Source: Eledone cirrhosa (taxonomy: Eukaryota). Taken from it: 64,000 bases of DNA. Under the pieces are notes generated by a model, which saw nothing but the letters and a program-made list of their open reading frames with translations, was not told the DNA's origin and made no database searches. Position numbers and translations under genes: made by a program. Below are positions 12,027 through 24,533 of this stretch, piece after piece (the first letter of the stretch is position 1; every line of letters begins with the position of its first letter). The stretch covers positions 297,228,001 through 297,292,000 of the forward strand of contig OZ024742.1 of the NCBI GenBank assembly GCA_964016885.1, given 5' to 3'.

Positions 12027-13740
12027 AAGCAGAATCGTCGTGGGTAACCGATCTGGGGACCTAACAAACTGCATAATAGGCAGTATGGATGTTGTGTCCC
12101 TGTATCCATCTATTGACGTGGATTTTGCTGTGGAGAAATGCGTAGAAATTATCAGTGAGAGCAAGGTTGAGTTCTGTGGGATTGATACAAGTGAGCTGGG
12201 ACTCCTACTTAAGCTTACCTATAGTAATAATTACCTAGACACATATGACCTTAGCAACCTGTGCCCTATAAGACCAGCAAGAGGCAGACCACCTACCATT
12301 ACCTCAACGGCCAAGAAAACCCACACAGATAGATGGAATGGGTGGACCAGAGCCATACGGACACCCGAAAACCACGATGAATTGAAGAAAATGATTGCAC
12401 ATGCGGTAGGGGCCAGCATAAAACTAACCCTTAAGGAACATATGTTCAAATTTAATGGAAAAACATATGCCAAAGAGGAAGGAGCAGCCATTGGTGTTAG
12501 CATTGCAGGCGACATAGCTAACTTATTCATGGTATGGTGGGACAGTAGACTTAAACTTAAACTTAAAGAACAATTAGAAGACCCCTTAACCCTGATAATG
12601 TACTCCCGCTACGTAGATGATATAAACATCGTAGTTAAGACACCCCCACTAGAGAACAGTCAGGAACTAGAGAAAAACACAATGGAAAGCATCCAGCAAA
12701 TAGCAAACTCCATCCACCAGAGTATTAGAGTTACTATAGACTACCCAAGTAAACACCCCAACCATCGATTACCTGTACTAGACACAGAGCTCTGGTTAGA
12801 TACCATTAACAATAAAAAACAAATCCTCCATTCCCATTATGGCAAACCCATGACTTCCAAACATCTGATCCACCGAAACTTGGCCGTTTCGGACCATACC
12901 AAAATCAACATACTGATTGCGGATTTGGTACGGGTGATGAGAAATGTGTCCCGCATGTGCAACCCCGAAGAACTAGAGAGACACATACAACACTTCATCC
13001 ACCGTATGCAGTTCTCTGGCTACAATCAGAGAGATCAAATCAGAGTGTATAGAGGAGCCAGAACCAAATGGGAAAAAATGGTAAATAATGACATAAATGG
13101 GACCTGCCCCTTGAATAGGAGCAAATTTTGGAATAGAATAGAAAGAACTAGGAACAAGGCTAATAGAATAAACTCATGGTATGATAGCAATAAATACCAG
13201 AGTGTAATGTTCATCGATACAACCCCTAGAGGTGAATTAGCTTACAAATTTAGAAGGGCCCTAAATAAACATAAACTCAATATTAAGATAATAGAAAGAC
13301 CAGGTACCTCCGTAAAAACACTTATTAGCAAGACATACCCTTTTCAAAGACCCTCATGTATAGTTAAGAAATGTATAACCTGTAAAATAAGCCCCCATAT
13401 TAACTGTAAAACTAGAAATGTAGTGTATAGCATAAAATGTACTGAAGGACAATGCAGAGACAAAAATATAGTGTACATAGGTGAGACAGCTCGTAGTGTA
13501 GGGGAACGGATAAATGAACACTGGCGAGACCTTCAAGATAATAAAGAATCATCTGTACTCTACCAACATGCTAAAATTGAACACAAGAGTAAATTAGAGA
13601 ACATAGAAATAAAAATAGAATCTACACACAGAAAAGACGCAATGTTTAGACAAATTACAGAGGCAATAAACATAAAAGAATTACAACCAAAGTTAAATAG
13701 AAAATATGAGTGGAACAGCAACATCACAACTTACAATTAA
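12027..13740 (+). CDS. PLE reverse transcriptase-GIY-YIG polyprotein, open but 5'-truncated
   Basis: Motifs SMDVVSLYPSI, GAAIG..AGDIANLFM, YSRYVDD, LPVLD, Cys-rich linker, NVVYSIKC...YIGETARS..ER..EH; the first ~15 codons of track ORF 11980-13740 come from the inverted arm. Confidence 0.88.
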
Positions 13741-13936
13741 GGACAAAATGAAAACACACACACACATAGAACAAACAACCAACCAGTAACATGTAAATAA
13801 AAAAATAAATGAACATAAACACACACAGACACCCGGATGTGGCACATGCGCAGACTGAGCACACAACACACACACAGAAACAAAATGGCGTAGGACAGAA
13901 CAAAGGAGAGGCACAGAAACAAAGAAAAGAATCCCC

Positions 13937-13981
13937 AGTCACTGAAGAGGTCACAGAGTGTGTGACGAAAGAACTATGACT
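13937..13981 (+). ncRNA. Minimal hammerhead ribozyme motif, family B
   Basis: AGUCA-CUGAAGA-G-GUCAC[agagugu]GUGAC-GAAA-GAACUA-UGACU: 5-bp stem I, 5-bp stem II, 2-bp stem III, predicted cleavage after CUA (13976). Confidence 0.78.
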
Positions 13982-14182
13982 ATATATAAACAACTATCTG
14001 GTTGTGGAACCAACCAACCAACCAGAAATTTATAAATTTATTATAAATTTTTTATAATAAATTGATGTGAAAGCAACTGGTGCGTGTGTTTTTATTGGCA
14101 ACATGACCCTCCCAAAGTATAACAATATCGGTTTCAACACACGATTTCAGATAAAGAATCTTGCTAAACAAATTCAGAAACG

Positions 14183-14275
<93 letters not shown>

Positions 14276-14386
14276 TATATATATACATACATATACACAA
14301 ACACATACATACAAATACATTCACACACATATGTATGTGTGTAAATCTCATTCTTAGATATATTCATATGAACCTTGTATAACTCT

Positions 14387-14442
<56 letters not shown>

Positions 14443-14697
14443 CACACACATATATATACACACATACATATACATACATACATACACACACACACATATA
14501 TATAAAAGAAAATACATAAATATTATATATATATAAAAATAAAAAGTTGGAAATACGACAAATAATAAATAAATAATTAGAAAAGGGTATAAATGTTTAT
14601 AGGTGATTTAGAGCACTCAACAATTCCTGGAGCAAATGATCAATGAAAATAAGCATTAAATCACTGTATGTAATAATGCATATACATACACACTTAC

Positions 14698-14750
<53 letters not shown>

Positions 14751-14810
14751 ACCATACAAATACACACACATATACATACATATACATACATATACGTATA
14801 CATATACACA

Positions 14811-14931
14811 TATAGGAAAAGGTATGACCCCACGGCAGAGCTCAAGCCGTTTATGAGGCTATTATATATATACACACAAAAACAATTATATAAAAATACA
14901 CACACACAAATATACACACGCACACACACAC

Positions 14932-14985
<54 letters not shown>

Positions 14986-16870
14986 AATACAACAGAAGCA
15001 TATAAAATACAATTATATACACACATACATATACATACAGATATAAAAACATACATACACACGTACATATACATACATATATATGTATATATGCATATAT
15101 ACACATATGCGCAACACACACACACACACACAGAAATAAATATCTAAAAATAAAAAAGGTGGGTATGTGAAGGGTAAGGTAGAAAGTAGGGGGGAAAAAT
15201 AAGGAAAATAAATGACATAGGAAAAGGTTTAAATATAAGGGGAGATAAGGGAGAAAAAGAATATAAGAGTACAGAAAGTGAATTCAGGAGATAAAAAAAT
15301 CGTAGTGGATGTAAAATGTAGAGAGCAGAGAAGAAGTTCAAGGTGGTTGAGTTATCGTAGGAATGTCAATCCAGTTACAGATCAGATGTGATTTCAGGTG
15401 AGGACAACATCTGAAGATCTCGGTCTTGGAGTTCAGGCAAGTTGAAGTGCCTTTCAAGTTTTGTAAAACCTAAATTTGTCAGTGGTACACAAAGAACAAT
15501 TCTTTGTGCCCCTTTGGTACTCCCTCGAATGGTCTAAAATAGACCAATCGATAGAGTACGAAGATAAGGTAGAAATACTACGGCTAATGTTGGGAATAAG
15601 ATTTTTAAAAACTATAGGGGGATGGCAAGACTCTTTGTGTATATATCTAAGATTTTCGTTAGGTTTATAAAGTTTAAAAGAGTCAGTAAGTAGATCAAGA
15701 TTAATGTCAAGAAAGTTAGCATTGGTAAGGTTTGTATCTATAGTAATTTAAATTACTATTATAATAAATATTATAATAAACCCCTTAATAACATCCCCTA
15801 GAGTTTTTAAAAATCTTATTCCCAACATTAGCCGTAGGATTTCTACCTTATCTTCGTATCTAGATATTTTTAATAAAGCCGCCCCTTATTATAATAACGC
15901 CCTTAATAACAGCGGATTTACATAACAAATTAATTATTTACCTACTCCCCCCTAAAACTAACCACAATAATAGGAAAAGGAAAATTATTTGGTTTACACC
16001 CCCCTTCTCTCTAACTGTCAAAACTAATGTAGGAAGGAAATTCTTTGACCGCTTAGATAAACATTTTCCTCATAATCATAGATATTATAAGATATTTAAT
16101 AGAAATGTAGTTAAAATCAGTTACTCTTGCTGTCCATCAATGAAGTCTAAAATCACTAATTCCAATCGTACGAGAATAAATCCAGGATGCAGTTGCAGGA
16201 AGCCGGATGAATGCCCATTACAGGGCAAATGTAACACCAAATCCGTTGTATATGAGGCCAAAGTGACACCTTTAATTAACAACCAGCCAGCCAGGAGTGA
16301 ACGATATGTTGACATGACCCAGGACAGGTTTAAAACAAGGTTTTATGCACATTTCGCTTCTTTTAAACACTCCGATAAAAGAACAGCAACGGCTCTCGCA
16401 AATAAGGTGTGGGAATTCAAGGATAAAAACATCCGGTACTCTATCGATTGGTCTATTTTAGACCATTCGAGGGAGTACCAAAGGGGCACAAAGAATTGTT
16501 CTTTGTGTACCACTGACAAATTTAGGATTTTACAAAACTTGAAAGCCACTTCAACTTGCCTGAACTCCAAGACCGAGATCTTCAGATGTTGTCCTCACCT
16601 GAAATCACATCTGATCTGTAACTGGATTTACATTCCTACGATAACTGAACTTCTTCTCTGCTCTCTACATTTTACATCCACTACGATTTTTTTACCTTCT
16701 GAATTCACTTTCTGTACTCTTATATTCTTTTTCTCCCTTATCTCCCCTTATATTTAAACCTTTTCCTATGTCATTTATTTTCCTTATTTCCCCCCCCCCC
16801 TACTTTGTACCTTACCCTTCACATACCCACCTTTTTTATTTTTAGATATTTATTTCTGTGTGTGTGTGTA
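14811..16870 (+). mobile_element. Rearranged fold-back Penelope-like element (RT thumb + GIY-YIG)
   Basis: GIY-YIG ORF 16140-16757; ~15125-15559 mirrors ~16435-16870; 15556-15632 mirrors 15792-15858; minus strand at ~15700 encodes NANFLDINLDL; terminus at ~14811-14861 resembles 5571-5620. Confidence 0.85.
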
Positions 16871-16910
16871 TGTATGTATATGTATGTGTGTATATATATG
16901 CGTTTGTATG

Positions 16911-16972
<62 letters not shown>

Positions 16973-16977
<5 letters not shown>

Positions 16978-17815
16978 GAATAATCGAGTATCGAAAAATC
17001 GGCGCACGAGTTCACGATAAACAAAATTCGAGATGAGCGGCAGAGGGCTCAATAATTCAGATAAATCAGAGCTATAACTATCGTTAAAATACCGTCACAC
17101 ATAGAATATGTCTACAATCAACCATACGACCGAAACATTGCGATATGGATGATTCGGGACACTCAGATAAAATATCAATAAATCAATAAATCAAATGAAT
17201 GTAAAAAGCATACCCGGACCCGCTAGAAAGATGGTAAATCTAGCTTCTTGGGTTTCTGTAAATCCTTAAACTGCCCTCTATCAGCTCACATAAAAATATA
17301 TAAGACTTCTAGAAGCCAGCGGACCGGAGTTTACTTCCTCAACGAGCTTTAGTCCGAACGAATGAAAAGGCAAAACCCAGGTTGAAAATACGCACATGGA
17401 TTTCAGCAAGGGAGATAACCTCTATATCCGCAAAAAATATTCGGGATAATGTGGAATTACACATATCGAATAAGAGTGTTCAATAGACATGTTAAAATAA
17501 ACAGGAGCTATTCATCATTTAATAGAATCGACAAAAAATGAACAATAAAATTAACAGGTCAATAGCTAGGTCTAGAGCTAAATATAGTAGAATAATCGAG
17601 TATCGAAAAATCGGCGCACGAGTTCACGATAAACAAAATTCGAGATGAGCGGCAGAGGGCTCAATAATTCAGATAAATCAGAGCTATAACTATCGTTAAA
17701 ATACCGTCACACATAGAATATGTCTACAATCAACCATACGACCGAAACATTGCGATATGGAAGATTCGGGACACTCAGATAAAATATCAATAAATCAATA
17801 AATCAAATGAATGTA
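16973..17815. mobile_element. Non-coding partial tandem (612-nt period) inserted in (TA)n, PLE pseudo-LTR-like
   Basis: 16973-17203 is repeated almost exactly at 17585-17815; (TA)n on both sides; no ORF. Confidence 0.7.
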
Positions 17816-17831
17816 TATATATATATATATA

Positions 17832-17940
17832 TTTAAGACTTATACAAGGTTCATATGAATACATCTAAGAATGAGTTTTACACACATACATATGTGTGTG
17901 TATATATTTGTATGTATGTGTTTGTGTATATGTATGTATA

Positions 17941-17985
<45 letters not shown>

Positions 17986-18020
17986 ATATGTGTGTGTGTA
18001 TGTATATGTGTATGTGTATG

Positions 18021-18055
<35 letters not shown>

Positions 18056-18575
18056 GTGTTCTGTGTGTATGTATTTATTTTTACGTATGTATGTGTATGT
18101 GCAATTATGTGTATTACTTACCACGTGTGTTTGTTCATTTATTTGTTGCCTGTATCGCTGTCAACTTTATAATAATTTTTATATTCATTTTTATTCTTAT
18201 GTGACGGTATTTTTATCATTATATTTTTTCTCATAATTATTTGTGTGTGTGCGTATGTAGGTGTGTGTACATATATCTATATTTGTGCATGCGTATGTAT
18301 GCGTGTATATATGTGTGTATGTATGTGTGTGTATGTACGTGTGTATATATGTATGATTGTGTGTATGTATGTATATATATATGTATATATGTATGTGTGT
18401 GTGTGTGTGCGTGTTTGTGTATTTGTGTGTATGTGTATGTATGGATATGTTGATATATATATGTGTGTATGTATGTATGTGTATATGTATGTGTATGTAT
18501 ATATATATATACATATATGTGTGTGTGTGTATGTATGTGTATATATATGTGTATGTATATATGTGTGTGTATGTA

Positions 18576-18618
<43 letters not shown>

Positions 18619-18880
18619 ATGTGTTTATTTTTCCTTTCCCTCTTCCTTTTCCAGCCTCACTTTCATATAGATTATATTTTTGTTTTTAAAATCCAATGTC
18701 AGTAAATACACCAGGATTTTTTCATTCTGATGATTGAAAGCAAAATTTGTTTGCTTTTAAGAAACCACTGGTAAATGAAATAATTGCCTTATGTTGTCTA
18801 TTACATAACTATTAAGCTCTGTAACCTACATAGAGCACTCTTTTTTCCTGGACCTTTCCGACGGAATTACTTCATTCACA
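17832..18880 (+). mobile_element. Right arm of non-coding hammerhead-bearing element family A, with tail
   Basis: Mirror of 10411-14390; microsatellite-rich body; tail 18813-18880 absent from the left arm. Confidence 0.8.
18720..18780 (+). ncRNA. Type I hammerhead ribozyme motif, family A
   Basis: Stem I UUUCAUU/AAUGAAA, CUGAUGA, stem II UUGAAAGCAAA/UUUGCUUUUAA, GAAA, stem III ACC/GGU, cleavage triplet GUA (18771-18773). Confidence 0.85.
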
Positions 18881-18893
18881 CATATATATAGCA

Positions 18894-19181
<288 letters not shown>

Positions 19182-19427
19182 ATATCGAATGTTCAACAGG
19201 TGATTTCGTTTTAAAATTTTATAAGAAAAAGAAAATTCAAGATTTTCTAAATAAACAAATATATCAAATAATTATTTAATAACAAAAGAAAATACCAATA
19301 AAAATGATTTGCGCAACCAATGTAAATACATTAATTTTGCTATAGATATCAACATTGAATTTCATAAATAAAATGTTAAGTTACTAAAGGTTATGTTTAT
19401 TATTCAAGCCTCATGGAATTTATTGCG

Positions 19428-19554
<127 letters not shown>

Positions 19555-19751
19555 ACACACACACACACACACACACACACCGACATACACGCACACACAC
19601 ACATATGTATATGATGATGATGATATATATATATCATCATCATCATCATTTTACGTCCACTTCTCCTTGCTTATATATATATACTGTATATATATATATA
19701 TGTAAACACATACATATATGTATATACATATATATATATATATGTATATAT

Positions 19752-22700
19752 GCGAGCACTCCTCTTTGTTTCGACCGCGGACGGCTAACATAACCCCATC
19801 GCCATCCAAAACTTCAGAGTTGGTACCATAAATGTAGGCACCTTAAAGGGTCGCGCTAACTAGGTTGTAGAAATGCTTGAACGTAAAGAGGTCGATGTTT
19901 GTTGCATTCAAGAGACCAGGTGGAGGGGTGGGTCTGCTAGATTCATTGAGGGTAAAAAACGATGTTATAAGCTTTTCTGGGCGGGAAACGACGATGGGCT
20001 GGGTGGAGTAGGAATCATGGTAGCAGAAAAGTGGGCAGATAAGATAATAGACGTAAATAGAGTGAACGACAGAATAATTAAAATAAGACTTGTCCTCAAT
20101 AGAACTACGGTGACAGTAATATCTGCGTACGCACCCCAATCCGGACTGCCCGGCACTATAAAAGACAGATTCTATGAGACACTGATGCTCACTACCTCCC
20201 AAATAACCGACAGTGACTATATAATTATCGCAGGCGACCTAAATGGTCACGTTGGACAACATTGTGACGGCTACGACGAAATCCATGGAGGCTATGGGTT
20301 TGGTACTTGAAATGAGGAAGGCTCCAGAATCCTGGAATTCTGTGACGCAAATAACCTAACTATCTGTAACACTAACTTCAAAAAACGTGACAATCACCTG
20401 ATCACCTATAGATCCGGGGAACACACAAGCCAGGTAGATTATATCCTTACCAGAAGACGTGACAGAGTGTCTGTTGTAAACACTAGATCCCTCCCCCATG
20501 AAGAATGCACCTCCCAACATAGACTGATAATTAGCGACCACATAGTCAGGACGAGACGTACTCGACAGCAGAAGAGGACTATCCTCAAGAGAAAAATATG
20601 GAAGCTAAAGGACCCCACAGCCAGAAATAAATTTAAAAGCATATTACTTGATGCTTTCGACAGTAAGGAAGAGCATTTAGAGTCGGACAATATAGAGGGA
20701 CAGTGGGAATTTCTGAAAGCAAACCTTCTGATGGCGACAGACGAAGTCTGTGGCTGGAGCAGGCCTGTAGGCAGGAGGAGAGTAACATGGTGGTGGAACA
20801 GTAGGGTGGAGGGGTCAATTAAAGCCAAAAAGCAGGCTTGGAAAGTATGGCGGGATGGGGGAAGTAGAGAAGACTATCAAGTGGCCAGGAGGGAGGCTAG
20901 GAGACAAGTGTACTTCGCAAGAAGGGAAGCAGAGGAAAGAAAGTTCAAGCATGTTCTACAACGCGAGGACCAAAAACGTGAGGTGTTCAGGATTGCTAGG
21001 CAATGTGTCAAGGAAAACCGTGATATTGTCGGGGAGAAGTGTGTACTTAATGATGACGGCGTACTTGCCATCACCGACGCCGATAAGAAGGTAGCTTGGA
21101 AGTGTCACTATGAAAGGCTACTAAATGAGGAAAATAAATGGGAGAAAGACAGTCTCCCCCACATCGACCCAATAGAGGGACCAGCAGTGTTAGTCGAGGG
21201 TAGTATAATAAGTAAGGCAATCAAGGATATGAAGACGGGTAAGGCGGCTGGGCCTTCGGAAATAGTTGCTGAGATGCTGAAGGCATCTGGCTCGGTGGGA
21301 CACACCTTGGTCACCCGGATAGTTAACCAAGTCGTACAGAATGGGGTTGTTCCGAAGGAGTGGCATAGCAGCATCATCGTTAACTGTTATAAGGGTAAAG
21401 GAGATGCCCTAGATAGGAGTAACTATAGAGGCATTAAATTAATCGACCAGGTCATGAAGGTCACGGAAAAAGTAATAGCGCAACTAATCAGAAAGAGAAT
21501 TGACCTAGATGAAATGCAGTTCGGGTTTGTGTCAGGCAAAAGTACCACAGACGCTCTTTTCATTGTACGTCAACTACAGGAGAAGTACCTAGCTAAAGGT
21601 AAACACCTCTACTTAGCTTTTGTCGACTTGGAGAAAGCCTTCGACAGAGTCCCCCGTTCCATTATCTGATGGGCCCTTAGAAAACTAGGTGTCGACGAAT
21701 GGCTTGTGAGAGCTATACAAGCCATGTATAAAGAAACAGTCAGCAAGGTTAGAATTAACAACGAATATAGTGAAGAGTTTAGCGTAAAAGTTGGCGTCCA
21801 TCAGGGCTCTGTTCTCAGCCCCCTACTATTTATTATTGCCCTTCAGGCTATAACAGAGGAGTTCAAGACCGGCTGCCCATGGGAACTCCTATACGCAGAT
21901 GACCTGACACTCATAGCTGAATCAATGGCCGAGCTAGAGAAGAAATTCCAAACATGGAAGCACGGCCTAGAATCAAAAGGCCTTAAAATTAACCTGGCTA
22001 AGACTAAAGTTCTAGTTTGTAGGAAAGAAAATAAGGCGGCGGTCCCTTCCGGGAAATGGCCATGCTCAGTGTGTAGGAAAGGCATAGGTAGAAACTCCAT
22101 TTTATGTCCCAAATGCAAAGTATGGGTGCATAAAAGATGTAGTGGGATCACAGGTAAGCTAACTAAGAACTTAGATTTTACATGTGGGCGGTGCTCTGGT
22201 GCAATAAGTAGCAGCGAGTGCCCACAAAATACTAACTCTTTCAATTGCGCAGAGGGCTCTATAGAAATAGTGGACAGCTTCCGTTACCTGGGTGACAAAA
22301 TCAGCAGTGGGGGAGGGTGCTCTGAAAGTACAGTAGCTAGAGTCAGAACTGGATGGAAAAAGTTCAGAGAGCTTATACCACTATTAGCCGCTAAAGGGTT
22401 CTCCCTAAAAATGAAAGGCAGGTTGTACGATGCCTGCATACGAACAGCAATGTTGCATGGCAGTGAGGCCTGGGCATTGTGTGCAGAGGATATATGCAGA
22501 CTAGAGAGGAACGAAGCTTGCATGTTCCGCTGGATGTGTAATAGTAATATACGTGAACGGCAAAGCATAAACGAACTAAGAGAAAAATTAGAAATAAGAG
22601 GGATTAGATGTTGTTTACTCGAGAGAAGGCTACGTTGGTATGGTCACGTGATGCGCATGAAAGTCGTTAGCTGATAACAAAGTGCAGGGCAATAAAGATA

Positions 22701-23240
22701 GACGGTAGTCACGGAATAGGCAGACCTAGAAAATCCTGGGACGAGCTGATAAACTCCGACCTCACACACTTACACGTCTCCAAGACAATGTCACTGGACC
22801 GAGACCTTTGGCGGTACTCAGTAATAGAGAAGACCCACCTTACCTAAATACATAGTAAAACCTACTACAGTCAGTAGGCATCCCTAACAAAATACACACC
22901 CGTCCCACAACCCACACCCCATCCACACCACCCCCTCCTATGTAAAGTTATGTTGGTGCCACACCATCCAGGCCGAAACAAATGAGATCGTGTAGGTGTC
23001 ACGACAAAAAAACACACAGTCCACGCTGTAATGTGGCCGTGTAGGCAACACGGTAAAAACCTCCCAGTCCCACACTGTAAATGTGGTTGGTGTTAGGAAG
23101 GGCATCCAACTGTAGAAAACCTGCCAGACAGTCCTATGCGAGCAAGACAATCACTCTTGCCTCAAGTGGGAATACCCCTGTCCAAACCCATGCAAGCGTG
23201 GAACACGGACGTTAAACGTTGATGATGATGATGATGATGA

Positions 23241-23243
<3 letters not shown>
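19752..23243 (+). mobile_element. Near full-length RTE-clade LINE, few lesions
   Basis: APE (INVGTL, CCIQETRW, AYAPQ, AGDLNGHVG), RT (VDLEKAFDRV, QGSVLSPLLF, LYADDL), Cys-rich CSVC..CPKC..HKRC..CGRC, RLRWYGHV; in-frame stops at 19861, 20308, 21667 and a frameshift near 22665; (GAT)n tail. Confidence 0.95.
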
Positions 23244-23281
<38 letters not shown>

Positions 23282-24326
23282 ATGGACTCTCCTGTCGATT
23301 TTCATATATGAGAATCCAAACAATCTATTCAGTTCATTCAGTTTGGATGTTTATATCAGGTATGACATTTTATACTTACCAAGGATTTGTAAACAAGTTC
23401 GCAGATCATGCAAGGGTGAGGTTTACTGGATAATATGGCTGGTATGTTTGATCAGGATTTTTTCTTGCTTCTTGAAGCCTATGGGTACAGCTAGATTCAA
23501 AATTCCTGATGACACTATGATCAGCAGATGTGAAATGATGGTGATATCTTGTATGTGTGTGTGTGTATGTTAATATATGTGTATGAGTGTTTATCATAGA
23601 TATATATGAGTGTTTATAATAGATATATATGAGTTCTTTTTAATATTGCAGAAAGTTGAGAAGTCACTTCCTATTGATTTTAACTATCACCTTATATCTG
23701 TGTGTGTGTGTATATATCAAAAAGACAAATATACACATGTGTAAATCTCTGATTGAAGTCAAAGTTTCTCTTCATAACTACAAACCACTGTCCTCTCAAG
23801 ACTTACAAAGTATTGGGAAAATAGAAATTTCTATATAACTGTAACAGTAAAAAGTAAAATAAATTGAGTAAAGTACCCCTGAGGTGGACAAGTAGACAGA
23901 CATACCTATAGGAAATAAATCATGCATCTCTCAAATGCCAGAAGAGGGTGTCTCTGTCCACCTTTTCCATCTCCTGGTGTACTTTTCCCAGATTTTTTTT
24001 ATTATTTAAATATAGATATTAACCATTATTATAGTTTTCTGTGTTGTGATTACTATATTTTCAAACAGTTTATTGATAAACCTCTGTTTATTGAAAGCCA
24101 GATCTATGATCATGGCTTTTACCCAAACAATGTAGGCAAGATTTCATTATCCTTGATTACATTATCCTAGATTTGGAAAGAATATAGGAGAAGATTTCAT
24201 AGAGATTTGGCTGTCTTTTGTGGGTTATGAAACCATATAAGAAGCCCTCTCATTAGCTTGATTTATCGATATATTGCAGATATATGTTGCATGGTGTAGG
24301 GAGTGGTGTGTTTTAATGTTGTTTAA

Positions 24327-24533
24327 CCCTTTAGCATTTACATTACTCTATATTTACTATTATATTTTCACAGTAAAGGTTTTAACTCACATAATATAGA
24401 ATCTATGAGATTTGATGTTATTTATTTTGAGAACAATACTTTAACATCAGTATGAGCATACGGTTATGGTCTATTTGAACAGAAAGAGGTGAGATAATTC
24501 TGGTTGGATATGGCCAGTTTAAATGCTAACGAG
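24327..24533. mobile_element. piggyBac-like MITE
   Basis: TTAA on both sides; imperfect TIR ccctttagcattta / taaatgctaacgag. Confidence 0.55.

Larger units (their letters stand above)
11186..14185 (+). mobile_element. Penelope-like element with ~840-bp inverted arms, 5'-truncated
   Basis: 11186-~12026 is the reverse complement of ~13284-14128; RT + GIY-YIG ORF; hammerhead in each arm; right-only tail 14129-14185; inserted in (TA)n. Confidence 0.93.
10411..14390 (-). mobile_element. Left arm of non-coding hammerhead-bearing element family A, interrupted by the PLE at 11186-14185
   Basis: 10411-11185 plus 14186-14390 together are the reverse complement of 17832-18811, including unique non-microsatellite blocks. 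Confidence 0.8.

Noticed and set aside
20308-21669. In-frame TGA codons in the RTE ORF as possible selenocysteine
   Set aside because: They fall at Arg and Trp positions (CGA/TGG to TGA type mutations), and the same ORF also has a TAG and a frameshift
23500-23550. CTGATGA..GAAA hammerhead candidate
   Set aside because: Stem II needs the G of GAAA and no stem I or III can be formed
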